Positions 1 through 9,296 are shown, counted from the first letter of the stretch. The stretch is DNA of 37,771 nt from a bacterium (GCA_021788195.1 JAJYKY010000003.1:1-37771); one strand, 5' to 3'. The notes: generated by a model from the letters alone, not told the origin. Program-made: numbers and translations.

Positions 1-1
1 G

Positions 2-271
2 TTTTCCTGCACGGCCGTGGCTTTGCTGCTGACGGCGCATTTTTATAACCAAAACCCGGTCCTGTTTCGTTTTTTCGGTTCCTGGGCCCTTCATGTTTTG
101 ATTGATTACCTGACGCACAAAGATCAGTTTTTTCCCTTCTTTCCGTTTTTTGAGGGCTTTGGTTTTAGGTTGGGGTTAATAAACTACAACCCGCGAAACG
201 CGGTGGCTCTTGTGACTGACCTGGCTCTTTTTGCTTTGACACTGGTTCGTCTGGGCCACCTTCCTTTGTAA
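2..271 (+). CDS. Partial hydrophobic protein, possibly a membrane-bound metal-dependent hydrolase (5' end outside window)
   Basis: Frame is open from the window edge; hydrophobic segments and an H-x3-D-x3-H motif (HVLIDYLTH). Confidence 0.45.
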   Translation, partial: FSCTAVALLLTAHFYNQNPVLFRFFGSWALHVLIDYLTHKDQFFPFFPFFEGFGFRLGLINYNPRNAVALVTDLALFALTLVRLGHLPL

Positions 272-288
272 AGGTGTAAAATACCGCC

Positions 289-747
289 ATGGGAAAAGAC
301 TGTATTTTTTGCCAAATTGCGGCCGGAAAATTGCCGGCCCACAAAATCTGGGATGACGAAAATTATTTGGCTTTTTTATCCATCTTTCCCAACACCGAGG
401 GGTTTTCCGTGGTTATCCCGAAGAAACATTACCCCAGTTATGCTTTTGACCTGCCTGATGAGGTTATATCCGGCCTGATCGTGGCCGCCAAAAAAGTGGC
501 CAAACTTTTAGATGCGAAACTTCCCGATGTCGGCCGGACGGGCCTGATTTTCGAAGGCTTCGGCGTGGATCATGTTCACGCCAAGCTTTTTCCCATGCAC
601 GGCACCAGAGATCTGACGAAATGGAAGCCGATCGAATCAAAGGTGAGTAAATATTTTGAAAAGTATGAAGGGTACATTTCTTCCCATGACTTTAAACGGG
701 CTGACGATAAAAAACTATCCGAATTAGCTAAAAAGATCAGGGAGTAG
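289..747 (+). CDS. HIT family nucleotide hydrolase
   Basis: N-terminal DCIFCQI, VVIPKKH, and a variant triad VDHVHAK. Confidence 0.9.
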   Translation: MGKDCIFCQIAAGKLPAHKIWDDENYLAFLSIFPNTEGFSVVIPKKHYPSYAFDLPDEVISGLIVAAKKVAKLLDAKLPDVGRTGLIFEGFGVDHVHAKLFPMHGTRDLTKWKPIESKVSKYFEKYEGYISSHDFKRADDKKLSELAKKIRE

Positions 748-1714
748 CGTTCTGGCCGGAAAAATACTGGTAGACGGCCTGGGAAACCAGGGCAATTCTT
801 TCTTCGGCGGCCGGGCGAGAATCGGTTTCACTAAAAACGACGATCAGGTAGTCGCCAAAATCGGTGTAGACAATCCCCGCGTCGTGAACAAACGGCTCCA
901 TGGCCCCGGTTTTATGCGCAACCGCCACTTTGTCAGGTAAGTATTTAGGCAGGTCGTCATTTAACCGCTGCTGCTTAAGAAGGGTGAGCATTTTTTCTGT
1001 GAACTCGGGGTTAGCCAACTGGCCGCGGTAAAGTTTTTCCAAAAACAAGGCGATGTCGGCCGGAGTGGTGGTCGGGGCCTGGCCGTTAACCCCTATCTTG
1101 GATTGAACAAAACCGTTGTCTTTTAAAAAGGCGTCCACGGCCGGAAGGCCGACCCGGTGGGTCAAAAGCAGGGCGGAATAATTGTCGGAGACGGTAATCA
1201 TTTGGGTCAGGGCGTCGTTGACGGAATGGGAAACAGTTCCCGAAGTTTGTTCGGCATCCGTATCCGAGATGAAAAACTCCCGGTTCAGGTCGGCAACTTC
1301 TGCCGAAAGCTGATCATCTTCGTGAAGTTTACCGGCCTGAATCTGGTTTACGACGACAGCCATAATCCAGAGTTTGTAAACGCTGGCCGGCTCGAAAACC
1401 TGGTGGTCGTTTTGAAAAAAGGCTTCGCCGGTTTTAAAGTTTTTAACGACAAGGCCGTAAGTTCCGCGAGTGCCGGTCAGAGTTTGGCTGACCGCTGTGA
1501 CCAAACCAGGTGAGGAGGGGATTTCCGGGACAAAAGACAACTTAGCGGACCGGGTCGCCAGAGAAATCACTGCCCCGGTGTTTTGAGGGACCGGACCGGG
1601 AAGTGTTTGCGGCTGGCGGCGGAAAATTAAAACCAAAGCCACCATCACTCCGAAGAGTAAAAAGAAAAGATAGTTTTTTCGCCTGTTTCTTTGCCGCCGC
1701 TGTTCGATTATCAT
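737..1714 (-). CDS. Membrane-anchored serine hydrolase, class A beta-lactamase-like (Beta-lactamase2 family)
   Basis: SxxK (ASVYK), SDN and KTG motifs; basic N-terminus plus TM anchor. Start placed at ATG 1714 (MIIEQRR) rather than the ORF-track start at 1768. Confidence 0.85.
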   Translation of the reverse strand: MIIEQRRQRNRRKNYLFFLLFGVMVALVLIFRRQPQTLPGPVPQNTGAVISLATRSAKLSFVPEIPSSPGLVTAVSQTLTGTRGTYGLVVKNFKTGEAFFQNDHQVFEPASVYKLWIMAVVVNQIQAGKLHEDDQLSAEVADLNREFFISDTDAEQTSGTVSHSVNDALTQMITVSDNYSALLLTHRVGLPAVDAFLKDNGFVQSKIGVNGQAPTTTPADIALFLEKLYRGQLANPEFTEKMLTLLKQQRLNDDLPKYLPDKVAVAHKTGAMEPFVHDAGIVYTDFGDYLIVVFSETDSRPAAEERIALVSQAVYQYFSGQNATP

Positions 1715-1800
1715 CAAGGAATAATTTAGGACAATATATCTTATGAATGGCTGACTGAAAAGGCGCAACCGTTCTCAGGCGATTTTCAGAAAGAAATTTT

Positions 1801-2922
1801 ATGTTCTCAACCATGCCCAAAGGCCGGATTTTCACTTTGGATATTTTGCGGGGTTATTTCCTTTTAGTGATTCTGACCGACCACCTGTACCGTTTTCCGA
1901 ATCTACTTCAGTTTTTTACCGGCCGGGGCCAGCTCTGGGTTTCGGCGGCCGAAGGCTTTTTTATGATTTCCGGACTCCTGGTAGGTTTCATTTACCGGCC
2001 AAAAATTTCCCGGGGGTTTAAAAAAATTTTCCGTAAATTGTGGCGCCGGGCGGCCAAGCTGTATGTGATTTCCGTTTCCCTGACACTTTTGTTTACTCTC
2101 TGGGGACAATTTTTGCCGGCAGACAAGATTAAGAGTGGAATCTGGCCGGGCGGTAATCTTGTCCAACTGCTTTATAAAACGGCGACTTTTCAGTACGTCT
2201 ACGGCTGGGCGGATTTCTTAGTGTTTTACGCCGTGTTTATGTTTTTTGCGCCCATAGCTCTCTGGCTGATTGCTAAATTTAACGGCTGGGTGGTTATGGT
2301 TCTTAGCGTTTTGGTCTGGTATTTTTTCCGGCTGCAAAGCGAACATGCCGCCTGGCAGCTATTGTTTATGTCCGGACTTCTGGTCGGCGGCAATCTTTTG
2401 GCCATCGAGGAAAAGTTTTCCGCTCTGGCGTCCCGGCACAAAAAACTGGCCGGTGCTATCCTATCAGGCGTGACTCTGCTGACCATAATTCTAAGCATTT
2501 ATTTCGTTTTTGGTTTCGGAAGAATTCTCCCGCCGGAGAATGTTTTTAATTTTCTGGCGCCTCTGGTGGATAAAAATACCGTCGGGCCGCTCCGGTTTAT
2601 TTTAGCCTGGATTTGGTTTGCGGCTCTTTATCTTTTAGTCCGGTTTCGGGAAAATCAAATTGACCGGGTGACCGGCGGGATTATCCGGACTTTGGGTCAG
2701 GATTCGCTTCTGGTTTATTCTCTGGAAGCCATTCTGTTATATCCTGTGAATTTTCTGCCCTCGACCGGTTTTGCGGGCAGTTCTGTTGTCACTCTGGCAG
2801 CTTTTGCCGTAGTTTATCTGTCGGTCCTGGGAAAAAAGGCTTTTCTTCCCAAAAAACTTCCCGTTAAAAACTGCCTGTCCGGAGCCGAAGCAAAAATGGA
2901 GGGATTGTTTCCCGAGAGCTGA
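1801..2922 (+). CDS. OpgC-domain polytopic membrane acyltransferase
   Basis: DILRGYFLLVILTDH and SAAEGFFMISG motifs typical of the OpgC family; many TM segments. Confidence 0.8.
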   Translation: MFSTMPKGRIFTLDILRGYFLLVILTDHLYRFPNLLQFFTGRGQLWVSAAEGFFMISGLLVGFIYRPKISRGFKKIFRKLWRRAAKLYVISVSLTLLFTLWGQFLPADKIKSGIWPGGNLVQLLYKTATFQYVYGWADFLVFYAVFMFFAPIALWLIAKFNGWVVMVLSVLVWYFFRLQSEHAAWQLLFMSGLLVGGNLLAIEEKFSALASRHKKLAGAILSGVTLLTIILSIYFVFGFGRILPPENVFNFLAPLVDKNTVGPLRFILAWIWFAALYLLVRFRENQIDRVTGGIIRTLGQDSLLVYSLEAILLYPVNFLPSTGFAGSSVVTLAAFAVVYLSVLGKKAFLPKKLPVKNCLSGAEAKMEGLFPES

Positions 2923-2944
2923 CCCGCTTTCCGTAACCCATAGT

Positions 2945-2973
2945 TTGATTTATGAGGTTTATCGTGGTACAAT
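2945..2973 (+). promoter_or_regulatory. Sigma70-type promoter for the 3012 ORF
   Basis: TTGATT-17 nt-TACAAT with extended TG; AGGAGG RBS at 3001-3006. Confidence 0.6.
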
Positions 2974-3011
2974 CGCTTTAGACATTCCCATCTTTTCCCA
3001 AGGAGGACACA

Positions 3012-3314
3012 ATGTGCGATTGCGGCGGAATGGGGTACTTTGATTTGCCCAGGGGGATCCCGATTACGCAAGAGACCCACAACGGGTACTCGCCGGAACT
3101 GCAGGCGGCCTGGACGCGCTTTAACGACTGGTGGCACAAAGTGGCCGACGACCAGGATGGTCCGATCAGTCAGTCTTCTATGCCGCCCGAAGTCAAAGCA
3201 GATATGGACACCATCCTGGCCGCTCCGATCCCCGGTTTTGAAGGTGTTACCGGCGCCGATTCCTGCTACATGATCAATGTCCAAGAGCGCCTCGTGCCCA
3301 ACAATCTTAACTAA
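3012..3314 (+). CDS. Hypothetical 100-aa protein
   Basis: Promoter, perfect AGGAGG RBS and downstream terminator-like hairpin; no recognised family. Confidence 0.75.
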   Translation: MCDCGGMGYFDLPRGIPITQETHNGYSPELQAAWTRFNDWWHKVADDQDGPISQSSMPPEVKADMDTILAAPIPGFEGVTGADSCYMINVQERLVPNNLN

Positions 3315-3337
3315 GAGAAATTTTCTCTTCTTCGCGA

Positions 3338-3387
3338 AGCCCAGATCCGTCAGGATGCGAAGTAAAATAACTAACTGGGCTTTTTTT
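3338..3387 (+). terminator. Putative intrinsic terminator
   Basis: AGCCCAG...CTGGGCT stem, with a large loop holding an inner ATCC-GTCA-GGAT hairpin, followed by a T run. Confidence 0.5.
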
Positions 3388-3404
3388 ATGCTTCTTGCCT
3401 GATC

Positions 3405-3436
3405 TTAAGGTCATTTTAAGGAAAGCCGGCTAATAT
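3405..3436 (+). promoter_or_regulatory. OmpR-family-like direct repeat plus -10 box upstream of the flavinylation operon
   Basis: TTAAGG-N5-TTAAGG (11-bp period) at 3405-3421, then TAATAT at 3431-3436, 6 nt before the ATG. Confidence 0.5.
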
Positions 3437-3442
3437 CGGCAG

Positions 3443-3877
3443 ATGAAGAAGTATTTGCTCTCCGGATTGGTTATCTTCTCCTTTTTAATTTACTCGGCCC
3501 ACCGGCAACTGGAAGGAAACGCCGCTGTCGGGAATATTTCGGTTCCGTCAGCCCCGGCCCCTTTGTCGGACCCCGGAACTTTGCCGGCCGGAACAAGTTA
3601 TAAAGACGGCCAATACCTCGGCAGTGTGGCCGATGCCTTTTACGGCCACGTCCAGGTTCGGGTGACCGTTTCCGGCGGAAAGATTACCAACATCAAATTT
3701 CTGGATTACCCCCGCGACCGGCGGACCTCGGTGGAAATTAATTCCCAGGCCATGCCGATTTTAACCTCCGAAGCCATTTCGGCCCAAAGCTCAAAGGTGG
3801 ATACGGTAACCGGAGCAACAGCCACCAGCCAGGCCTTTGTCCAGTCTTTGTCTTCGGCCTTAACTCAAGCTTTATGA
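3443..3877 (+). CDS. Exported FMN-binding (flavinylated) protein
   Basis: N-terminal signal/TM, YKDGQYLG, and flavinylation motif VDTVTGATATS. Confidence 0.9.
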   Translation: MKKYLLSGLVIFSFLIYSAHRQLEGNAAVGNISVPSAPAPLSDPGTLPAGTSYKDGQYLGSVADAFYGHVQVRVTVSGGKITNIKFLDYPRDRRTSVEINSQAMPILTSEAISAQSSKVDTVTGATATSQAFVQSLSSALTQAL

Positions 3878-4611
3878 AACAGACGCAGCTGATTATGGGA
3901 ATGCCGGTAACGATAGACCTGCCAGATCGGCCGACAGGTATGTCTGGCGTCAGAGAAATAATGGGCAGGGTTTTCGATTTTTTCCGGTCTGTTGACGAAA
4001 AATTCAGCCCGTTTAAGGAAAAATCGGAAGTAACCCGAATAAACACCGGAGAAATTACCCGGAAAAATTACAGCCCGGAGATGCAAGCTATCCTTTCTCT
4101 GGCGGAAAAAACCAAAGAACAAACCGGGGGATTCTTTAATGTCTTTTTCCGGGGAAAATTTGACCCGTCGGGGATTGTTAAAGGCTGGGCTATCAGTCAG
4201 GCGGCCGAAATTATTACAGAAGCCGGTTACAAAAGTTTCGTAGTCGAAGCCGGCGGCGATTTGCAGGCGACCGGGAAAAACTGGCGGGTCGGCATCCGTA
4301 ATCCCTTTAATAAAGCCCAAATTGTCAAAGTTTTGAAAATTAACGGCCAGGGGGTAGCCACTTCCGGAAACTACGAGCGGGGAAAACACATTTATATTCC
4401 CCAGACCGGACGGATGGCTGACGAGATTGCCAGCCTGACGGTGATTGCTGACGATGTCTGTGAAGCGGATCGGTTTGCCACCGCCGCGTTTGCCATGGGC
4501 CAAAAAGGAATTGCCTTTATTGAAAATTCTTCGGAACTGGAAGGCTACATGATTGACCGCGACGGCCGGGCCACTTTTACTTCCGGCTTTAACCATTATG
4601 TCGCGTCTTGA
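3874..4611 (+). CDS. apbE: FAD:protein FMN transferase (ApbE family)
   Basis: LIMGM, FDPSGIVKGWA, EAGGD, WRVGIRNP, ATSGNYERG-HI and ADRFATAAF motifs; ATGA overlap with the upstream gene. Confidence 0.92.
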   Translation: MKQTQLIMGMPVTIDLPDRPTGMSGVREIMGRVFDFFRSVDEKFSPFKEKSEVTRINTGEITRKNYSPEMQAILSLAEKTKEQTGGFFNVFFRGKFDPSGIVKGWAISQAAEIITEAGYKSFVVEAGGDLQATGKNWRVGIRNPFNKAQIVKVLKINGQGVATSGNYERGKHIYIPQTGRMADEIASLTVIADDVCEADRFATAAFAMGQKGIAFIENSSELEGYMIDRDGRATFTSGFNHYVAS

Positions 4612-6070
4612 TGACTTTTTAAACCGCATTACCATGTACCGGCTGGTATTAGACTACCTGCTTTTGCTGGTGGGCGTGGCGGTGGCCTTTAGTGCTTTGG
4701 GAAGCCTGTCTTTTAACCCGTTGGGTCTCCTTTTTTCGGCGTTGTTTTTAGTAGCCGTCAGCTGGGCGGCGAACGAAGTCTTTGCCCGGGTTTACCACGT
4801 CGCGGTCAATAATGAATCCGTTATCATCTCCGCTCTGGTTCTTTCTTTGATTATCACTCCGGCCAGAAATCTTTATGATCTACCCTTTTTCTTTTGGGCG
4901 GCAGTTTGGGCGGCGGCCGGGAAATTTATTCTGGCTTTTCATAAAAAACATTTGTTTAATCCGGCGGCTCTGGCTGTTTTCCTGACGGCGGTTTTTTTGG
5001 GCAGGTCGGCTTCCTGGTGGGTGGGTTCTGCCTTCATGTTTTTCCCGGTCCTTTTGGGTGGGTGGCTAATTGTCCGGAAAACTCAGCGGGAAGAAATGGT
5101 CGGAGCTTTTTTTCTGGCGGCGGTTTTGACTATTCTCGCGCTTAATTTTGTCAACGGGCCGGATTTGGTCACTTTATTGTCTAAAACTTTTCTGGAAACG
5201 CCGCTCCTGTTTTTTGGTTTTGTGATGCTAACCGAACCTTTGACTACCCCGCTAACCAAAAATTTGCGCCTGATTTACGGCGCGTTAACCGGATTCCTCT
5301 TTGCCCCCCAGCTGCATTTCGGAGCGGTATATTTTCTTCCGGAACAGGCATTACTCTTGGGTAATATTTTTTCCTTTCTGGTCAGTTCGAAAGACCGGCT
5401 GGTGCTAACCCTGAAAGAAAGAATTCCTCTGGGCACCGACGTTTACGATTTTGTTTTTACCGGTCGGGGAAAATTTAACTATACTGCCGGCCAGTACCTT
5501 GAATGGACTTTGGGCCACGGTAGTCCGGACAGCCGGGGCGTCCGGCGCTACTTCACTCTGGCTTCCTCGCCGACGGAAAACGACTTGCGTCTGGGGGTAA
5601 AGTTTGCCGAAAACGGCAGTTCGTTTAAGAAAGCCCTGCTAAATCTCTCCTCCGGCGGGGAAATCTCGGCCAGTTCCCTGGCCGGAGATTTTACTTTACC
5701 CAGAGATCCAAACACCAAACTGGCTTTTCTGGCCGGCGGCATCGGGATCACCCCGTTTCGGAGCATGATCAAATCTCTTTTGGACATGGCTGACCGGCGG
5801 AATGTAGTCATGGTATATGCTGAAAAAGAGGGCCGCGATTTTTTGTACCGGGATATCTTTTCAGCGGCGCAAAATCTGCTGGGATTGAAAACGGTTTATT
5901 CTTCCGGCCGGTTTGGCCAAGATTTGATCCGCCGGGAAATTCCGGACTATAAAGAACGGCTGTTTTACCTTTCCGGCCCCCGGGCCATGGTGGACTCCTT
6001 TCAAAAAATACTGCTTGATCTAAGGGTGGCCAAAGACCGGATCAAAACCGATTTCTTCCCCGGCTTTTAA
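4598..6070 (+). CDS. RnfD/NqrB-like membrane domain fused to an FAD/NAD(P)H-binding ferredoxin-reductase-like domain
   Basis: Membrane half has KHLFNPAA and MLTEPLTTP; soluble half has GQY, RYFTLASSP, AGGIGITPF and YLSGP. Start set at ATG 4598. Confidence 0.85.
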   Translation: MSRLDDFLNRITMYRLVLDYLLLLVGVAVAFSALGSLSFNPLGLLFSALFLVAVSWAANEVFARVYHVAVNNESVIISALVLSLIITPARNLYDLPFFFWAAVWAAAGKFILAFHKKHLFNPAALAVFLTAVFLGRSASWWVGSAFMFFPVLLGGWLIVRKTQREEMVGAFFLAAVLTILALNFVNGPDLVTLLSKTFLETPLLFFGFVMLTEPLTTPLTKNLRLIYGALTGFLFAPQLHFGAVYFLPEQALLLGNIFSFLVSSKDRLVLTLKERIPLGTDVYDFVFTGRGKFNYTAGQYLEWTLGHGSPDSRGVRRYFTLASSPTENDLRLGVKFAENGSSFKKALLNLSSGGEISASSLAGDFTLPRDPNTKLAFLAGGIGITPFRSMIKSLLDMADRRNVVMVYAEKEGRDFLYRDIFSAAQNLLGLKTVYSSGRFGQDLIRREIPDYKERLFYLSGPRAMVDSFQKILLDLRVAKDRIKTDFFPGF

Positions 6071-6498
6071 GGGTTAGCCGGATTGGTTTGGCCAAATCTT
6101 CCCTGAGGGTTAAGCTGGATATCCCGGGCAGTGACTGAGCCGTCGCTGTTGACGGTTCCCAAAACCAAAACCGGTTTGCCGACCTGCAAGTCCTGAGCGC
6201 TGGCGCTGGCCGATTGGGTGATAACGGTGCTTCCGGATAAAATGACGATCCGGCTGCTGCCATTCGGAAGTCCTACCGTTAAACTGCCGTTATTATTGCT
6301 TAAAATATTTCCCCGAATGCCCTGGAGTTGGTTGGGGGTCCCGTTCTGGTTTTGGCCAAAACGGCGCCTAGTTCCTCCCTGGCCGTTAAAGGTAAACTGG
6401 CCGGAGCGCTGGGATTTTTGGTACTGCATTCCGCCAAAGAAGGCGGCGCCGCCGACGATAACGGCTGCGACGATGGGGATAATTAAATTTTTACCCAT
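6067..6498 (-). CDS. Membrane-anchored hypothetical protein (DUF5666-like)
   Basis: N-terminal TM ending FFGGMQY, Gly/Gln linker, and DLQVGKPVLVLG...GSVTA beta-barrel motif. Confidence 0.65.
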   Translation of the reverse strand: MGKNLIIPIVAAVIVGGAAFFGGMQYQKSQRSGQFTFNGQGGTRRRFGQNQNGTPNQLQGIRGNILSNNNGSLTVGLPNGSSRIVILSGSTVITQSASASAQDLQVGKPVLVLGTVNSDGSVTARDIQLNPQGRFGQTNPANP

Positions 6499-7375
6499 TC
6501 TCTTTCACCCCCTTTCGGAGAAATTGCCAGAGGATTTGGTAATGGGTCGTCAAAAGGTAGGCGGCGGTAGCGTAGAGCCAGCCGACGACAATATCAAAAA
6601 CATAGTGCTGGCCTAAATAGATGACGGAAAACCAGACGCCGAAAACGTAGGGCAGTAAGGCTAGCCCCCAGAATCTGACTTTGCGAAAGACAAACAAAAA
6701 AGTCAGCCAGGGATAAGCGGCATGAAGCGAAGGGACGGCGGCAACCAGATTGGCACCGAAAAAGCGGTAAACCGTCGGAAGTTGGATTGATTGGGGGAAA
6801 GGGCTAAAGACCCGGCCCATAATATCGGCTATCGGCGGCAGAATTCCTTTCTGAGCGGCCATCCAGGGCGGAGCGGCCGGAAAAAGAGCGTAGGTGATAA
6901 AGGCCATGTAAGAAAGGATTAAAAGCCCGAGGAAGTAAAGTTTGAAAGAGTCTTTTGCAAAAAGCCAGAAAATAAAACCGAGAACCATGGGAATAATAAA
7001 GTGGGAGACATAAAGAAAAGTGGTTAGATAGTCGTACCAGCGGACTGTGCCGGTAAAAAGCCAGTGCTGCAGGGTGACGGTCGGGACGGAACCGAAAAGA
7101 AATTTGTCAAATTTGATCATGGAAAAAAAGTGAGCCGAGCCGGTCAGTTTCGGGGCGAGATCGTGGAGGTACTCGTAGCCTAAAAGAACAACAATGGGGG
7201 AAATCCAGTCGCGGATAAATTCCCGAAACCGGCCTAAAAAGAGGGCTCCGACCATGGCGGCGGCAAAGAACTGATCCGGGGAAAACCACATCCGGTGCCA
7301 AAGCATAAAAAGGCTGACTAAAAGTAAGTAGGCTACTGAAACAATACAGATAATTTTGTAAGACGCGTTACTCAT
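6491..7375 (-). CDS. PAP2 superfamily phosphotransferase (AUR1/IPC-synthase-like)
   Basis: FPAAPPW, AVPSLHAAY and YLGQHYVFD motifs; multiple TMs. Confidence 0.85.
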   Translation of the reverse strand: MSNASYKIICIVSVAYLLLVSLFMLWHRMWFSPDQFFAAAMVGALFLGRFREFIRDWISPIVVLLGYEYLHDLAPKLTGSAHFFSMIKFDKFLFGSVPTVTLQHWLFTGTVRWYDYLTTFLYVSHFIIPMVLGFIFWLFAKDSFKLYFLGLLILSYMAFITYALFPAAPPWMAAQKGILPPIADIMGRVFSPFPQSIQLPTVYRFFGANLVAAVPSLHAAYPWLTFLFVFRKVRFWGLALLPYVFGVWFSVIYLGQHYVFDIVVGWLYATAAYLLTTHYQILWQFLRKGVKENG

Positions 7376-8591
7376 ACCTTAAGGCTTCAATAGGACTAAG
7401 TTGAGCGGCTTTGCGGGCAGGATACCAGCCGAAGACAATTCCGATGGCGGCCGAAACTCCGAAAGCAATGAGGATTGACGAGAGTGAGACCGTGAAAGGC
7501 AGGTTGATAATCCTGGTGACGGCAAACGACAGACTGGTACCCAAAATCATCCCCAAAGCGCCGCCGCCGAAGGTCAAAATAATCGCTTCAATTAAAAACT
7601 GGGTGATAATAAGAGAGTTGGTGGCCCCCAGGGCTTTGCGCAGGCCGATCTCCCGAGTCCGTTCAATAACCGTTACCAGCATGATGTTCATTATCCCAAT
7701 TCCGCCGACTAAAAGAGAGATGGCGGCGATGCCGGAAAGAAGGGCGGTAAAAGTTCCGGTTACCGAGGACACGGCGCCTAAAATGTCGGCCTGGGAGATG
7801 ATGGTAAAGTCAGCCTGCGACGGATCGGTCAGGTGGTGCCGGGAAAGTAAAAAGTAGCCCACTTCATTTTCGGCGGCCGTCATGTCGTTCTGGTTTTTGG
7901 CCTGAAGGGCGATGGAGGAAAGATAGTCGACGCCGAACAGTAATTTCTGAGCGGAGGTCAGGGGAACCATAACGACGTCGTCCTGATTGTTAAATCCGGA
8001 TCCGCCTTTGGAAACGGTAACGCCGATAATTCTAAAGGCAATTTTGTTGATCCGGACGTTCTGGCCGATTGGATCATTCCCGTCGCCGAATAAATTGGCG
8101 GCCGCGGTCGGGCCGATAACCGCGACCTTGTTTATGGAGTTTACGTCATCAGCAGAAATAAAGCGGCCGGAAGAAAGGGTGACGTTATGGACGTCCTGGT
8201 AGGCCGGGGTGACGCCGATAATCTGGGTGTTAGTATTAGTGCCGGCGGTCGAAACCTGGGCCCGGCGGGAAAATTCCGGCGAAACGTAGGCGACGGTCGT
8301 AATTTGCGGTGAGGCCTGGATAGCTTTGGCGTCCTCATAAGTTAAACTGGTGGAGCTTCCCAACCCGCCCCGGACTCCGTTTTGGCTTTGCGACCCCGGG
8401 ACAATGGTTAAAAGATTGGATCCTAAAGCCTGGATGGAAGACTGGACGGATAATTGGGAAGCTTCGCCCAGGGAAATAAGGGCGATCACGGCGCCGATCC
8501 CAATCACAATTCCCAAAGCGGCCAAAAATGTCCGCATTTTGTTTAAAGATAAGGCTTCAACGGCTGACGATAAAAGTTCGGTTATTTCCAT
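7368..8591 (-). CDS. MacB/FtsX-family ABC transporter permease
   Basis: LGIVIGIGAVI, GGIGIMNIMLVTVIERTREIGLRKALGA and PARKAAQLSPIEALRYE. Confidence 0.93.
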   Translation of the reverse strand: MEITELLSSAVEALSLNKMRTFLAALGIVIGIGAVIALISLGEASQLSVQSSIQALGSNLLTIVPGSQSQNGVRGGLGSSTSLTYEDAKAIQASPQITTVAYVSPEFSRRAQVSTAGTNTNTQIIGVTPAYQDVHNVTLSSGRFISADDVNSINKVAVIGPTAAANLFGDGNDPIGQNVRINKIAFRIIGVTVSKGGSGFNNQDDVVMVPLTSAQKLLFGVDYLSSIALQAKNQNDMTAAENEVGYFLLSRHHLTDPSQADFTIISQADILGAVSSVTGTFTALLSGIAAISLLVGGIGIMNIMLVTVIERTREIGLRKALGATNSLIITQFLIEAIILTFGGGALGMILGTSLSFAVTRIINLPFTVSLSSILIAFGVSAAIGIVFGWYPARKAAQLSPIEALRYE

Positions 8592-9283
8592 AATTTGTGT
8601 CCGTCCGGTTTATCGCTTATTATCCGGCCGTCTTTTAGGGTAATAATTCGCTCGGCATAAGCGGCAATGTCCGGTTCATGAGTAATCATGATAATAGTGT
8701 GGCCTTTTTTATGTAACTCTTCGAAAATCTTCATAATTTCTTCGGCCTGGACGGTCGAAATATTTCCCGTCGGTTCATCGGCTAAAATAATGGCCGGGTC
8801 CATAACCAAAGCCCGGGCGATTGCTACCCGCTGCATCTGGCCGCCGGAGAGCTGACTGGCGGTGTGGTCCAGCCGGTCGCCTAAACCTACCATTTGCAGA
8901 AATTTTGTGGCCCGGGCCACCCGCTCTTCTTTGGGAATCCCGGCATAGGTCATCGGCAGCATGACGTTTTTTAACGCGGACGTTCGGGGCAGAAGGTTAA
9001 AAGCCTGAAAGACAAAGCCGATTTTTTTGTTGCGGAGCTGCGCTAAATTGTCTTCCGACAGGTGACCGACAGTCACGCCGTCAACGCTGTAACTACCGGA
9101 TGTTGGTTTGTCCAGAGCGCCGATAATATGCATTAAGGTGGATTTACCGGAGCCGGATGGTCCCATAATGGCGACAAATTCTCCTTTTTTAATGGAGAAG
9201 GAAACGTCGGCTAAAGCCTGGGTCTTAACGGCCCCGCTTTCGTAGATTTTGGAAAGATGGGAGGCTTCAATAATTGCTGTCAT
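8582..9283 (-). CDS. MacB/LolD-type ABC transporter ATP-binding protein
   Basis: Walker [10 protein letters not shown], signature LSGGQMQR, Walker [11 protein letters not shown]-loop ITHE. Start set at ATG 9283. Confidence 0.95.
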   Translation of the reverse strand: MTAIIEASHLSKIYESGAVKTQALADVSFSIKKGEFVAIMGPSGSGKSTLMHIIGALDKPTSGSYSVDGVTVGHLSEDNLAQLRNKKIGFVFQAFNLLPRTSALKNVMLPMTYAGIPKEERVARATKFLQMVGLGDRLDHTASQLSGGQMQRVAIARALVMDPAIILADEPTGNISTVQAEEIMKIFEELHKKGHTIIMITHEPDIAAYAERIITLKDGRIISDKPDGHKLWK

Positions 9284-9296
9284 GGGAAAAGATGAA

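Noticed and set aside
737-1714. Antibiotic-resistance beta-lactamase
   Set aside because: It lacks the Glu166/omega-loop motif and is membrane-anchored; only the fold-level call is supported.
3865-4635. 256-aa minus-strand ORF
   Set aside because: It lies antisense to apbE, which has clear family motifs.
4598-6070. Complete Rnf or Nqr respiratory complex
   Set aside because: Only a D/B-like domain and an FMN carrier are present; the other subunits and Fe-S motifs are absent.
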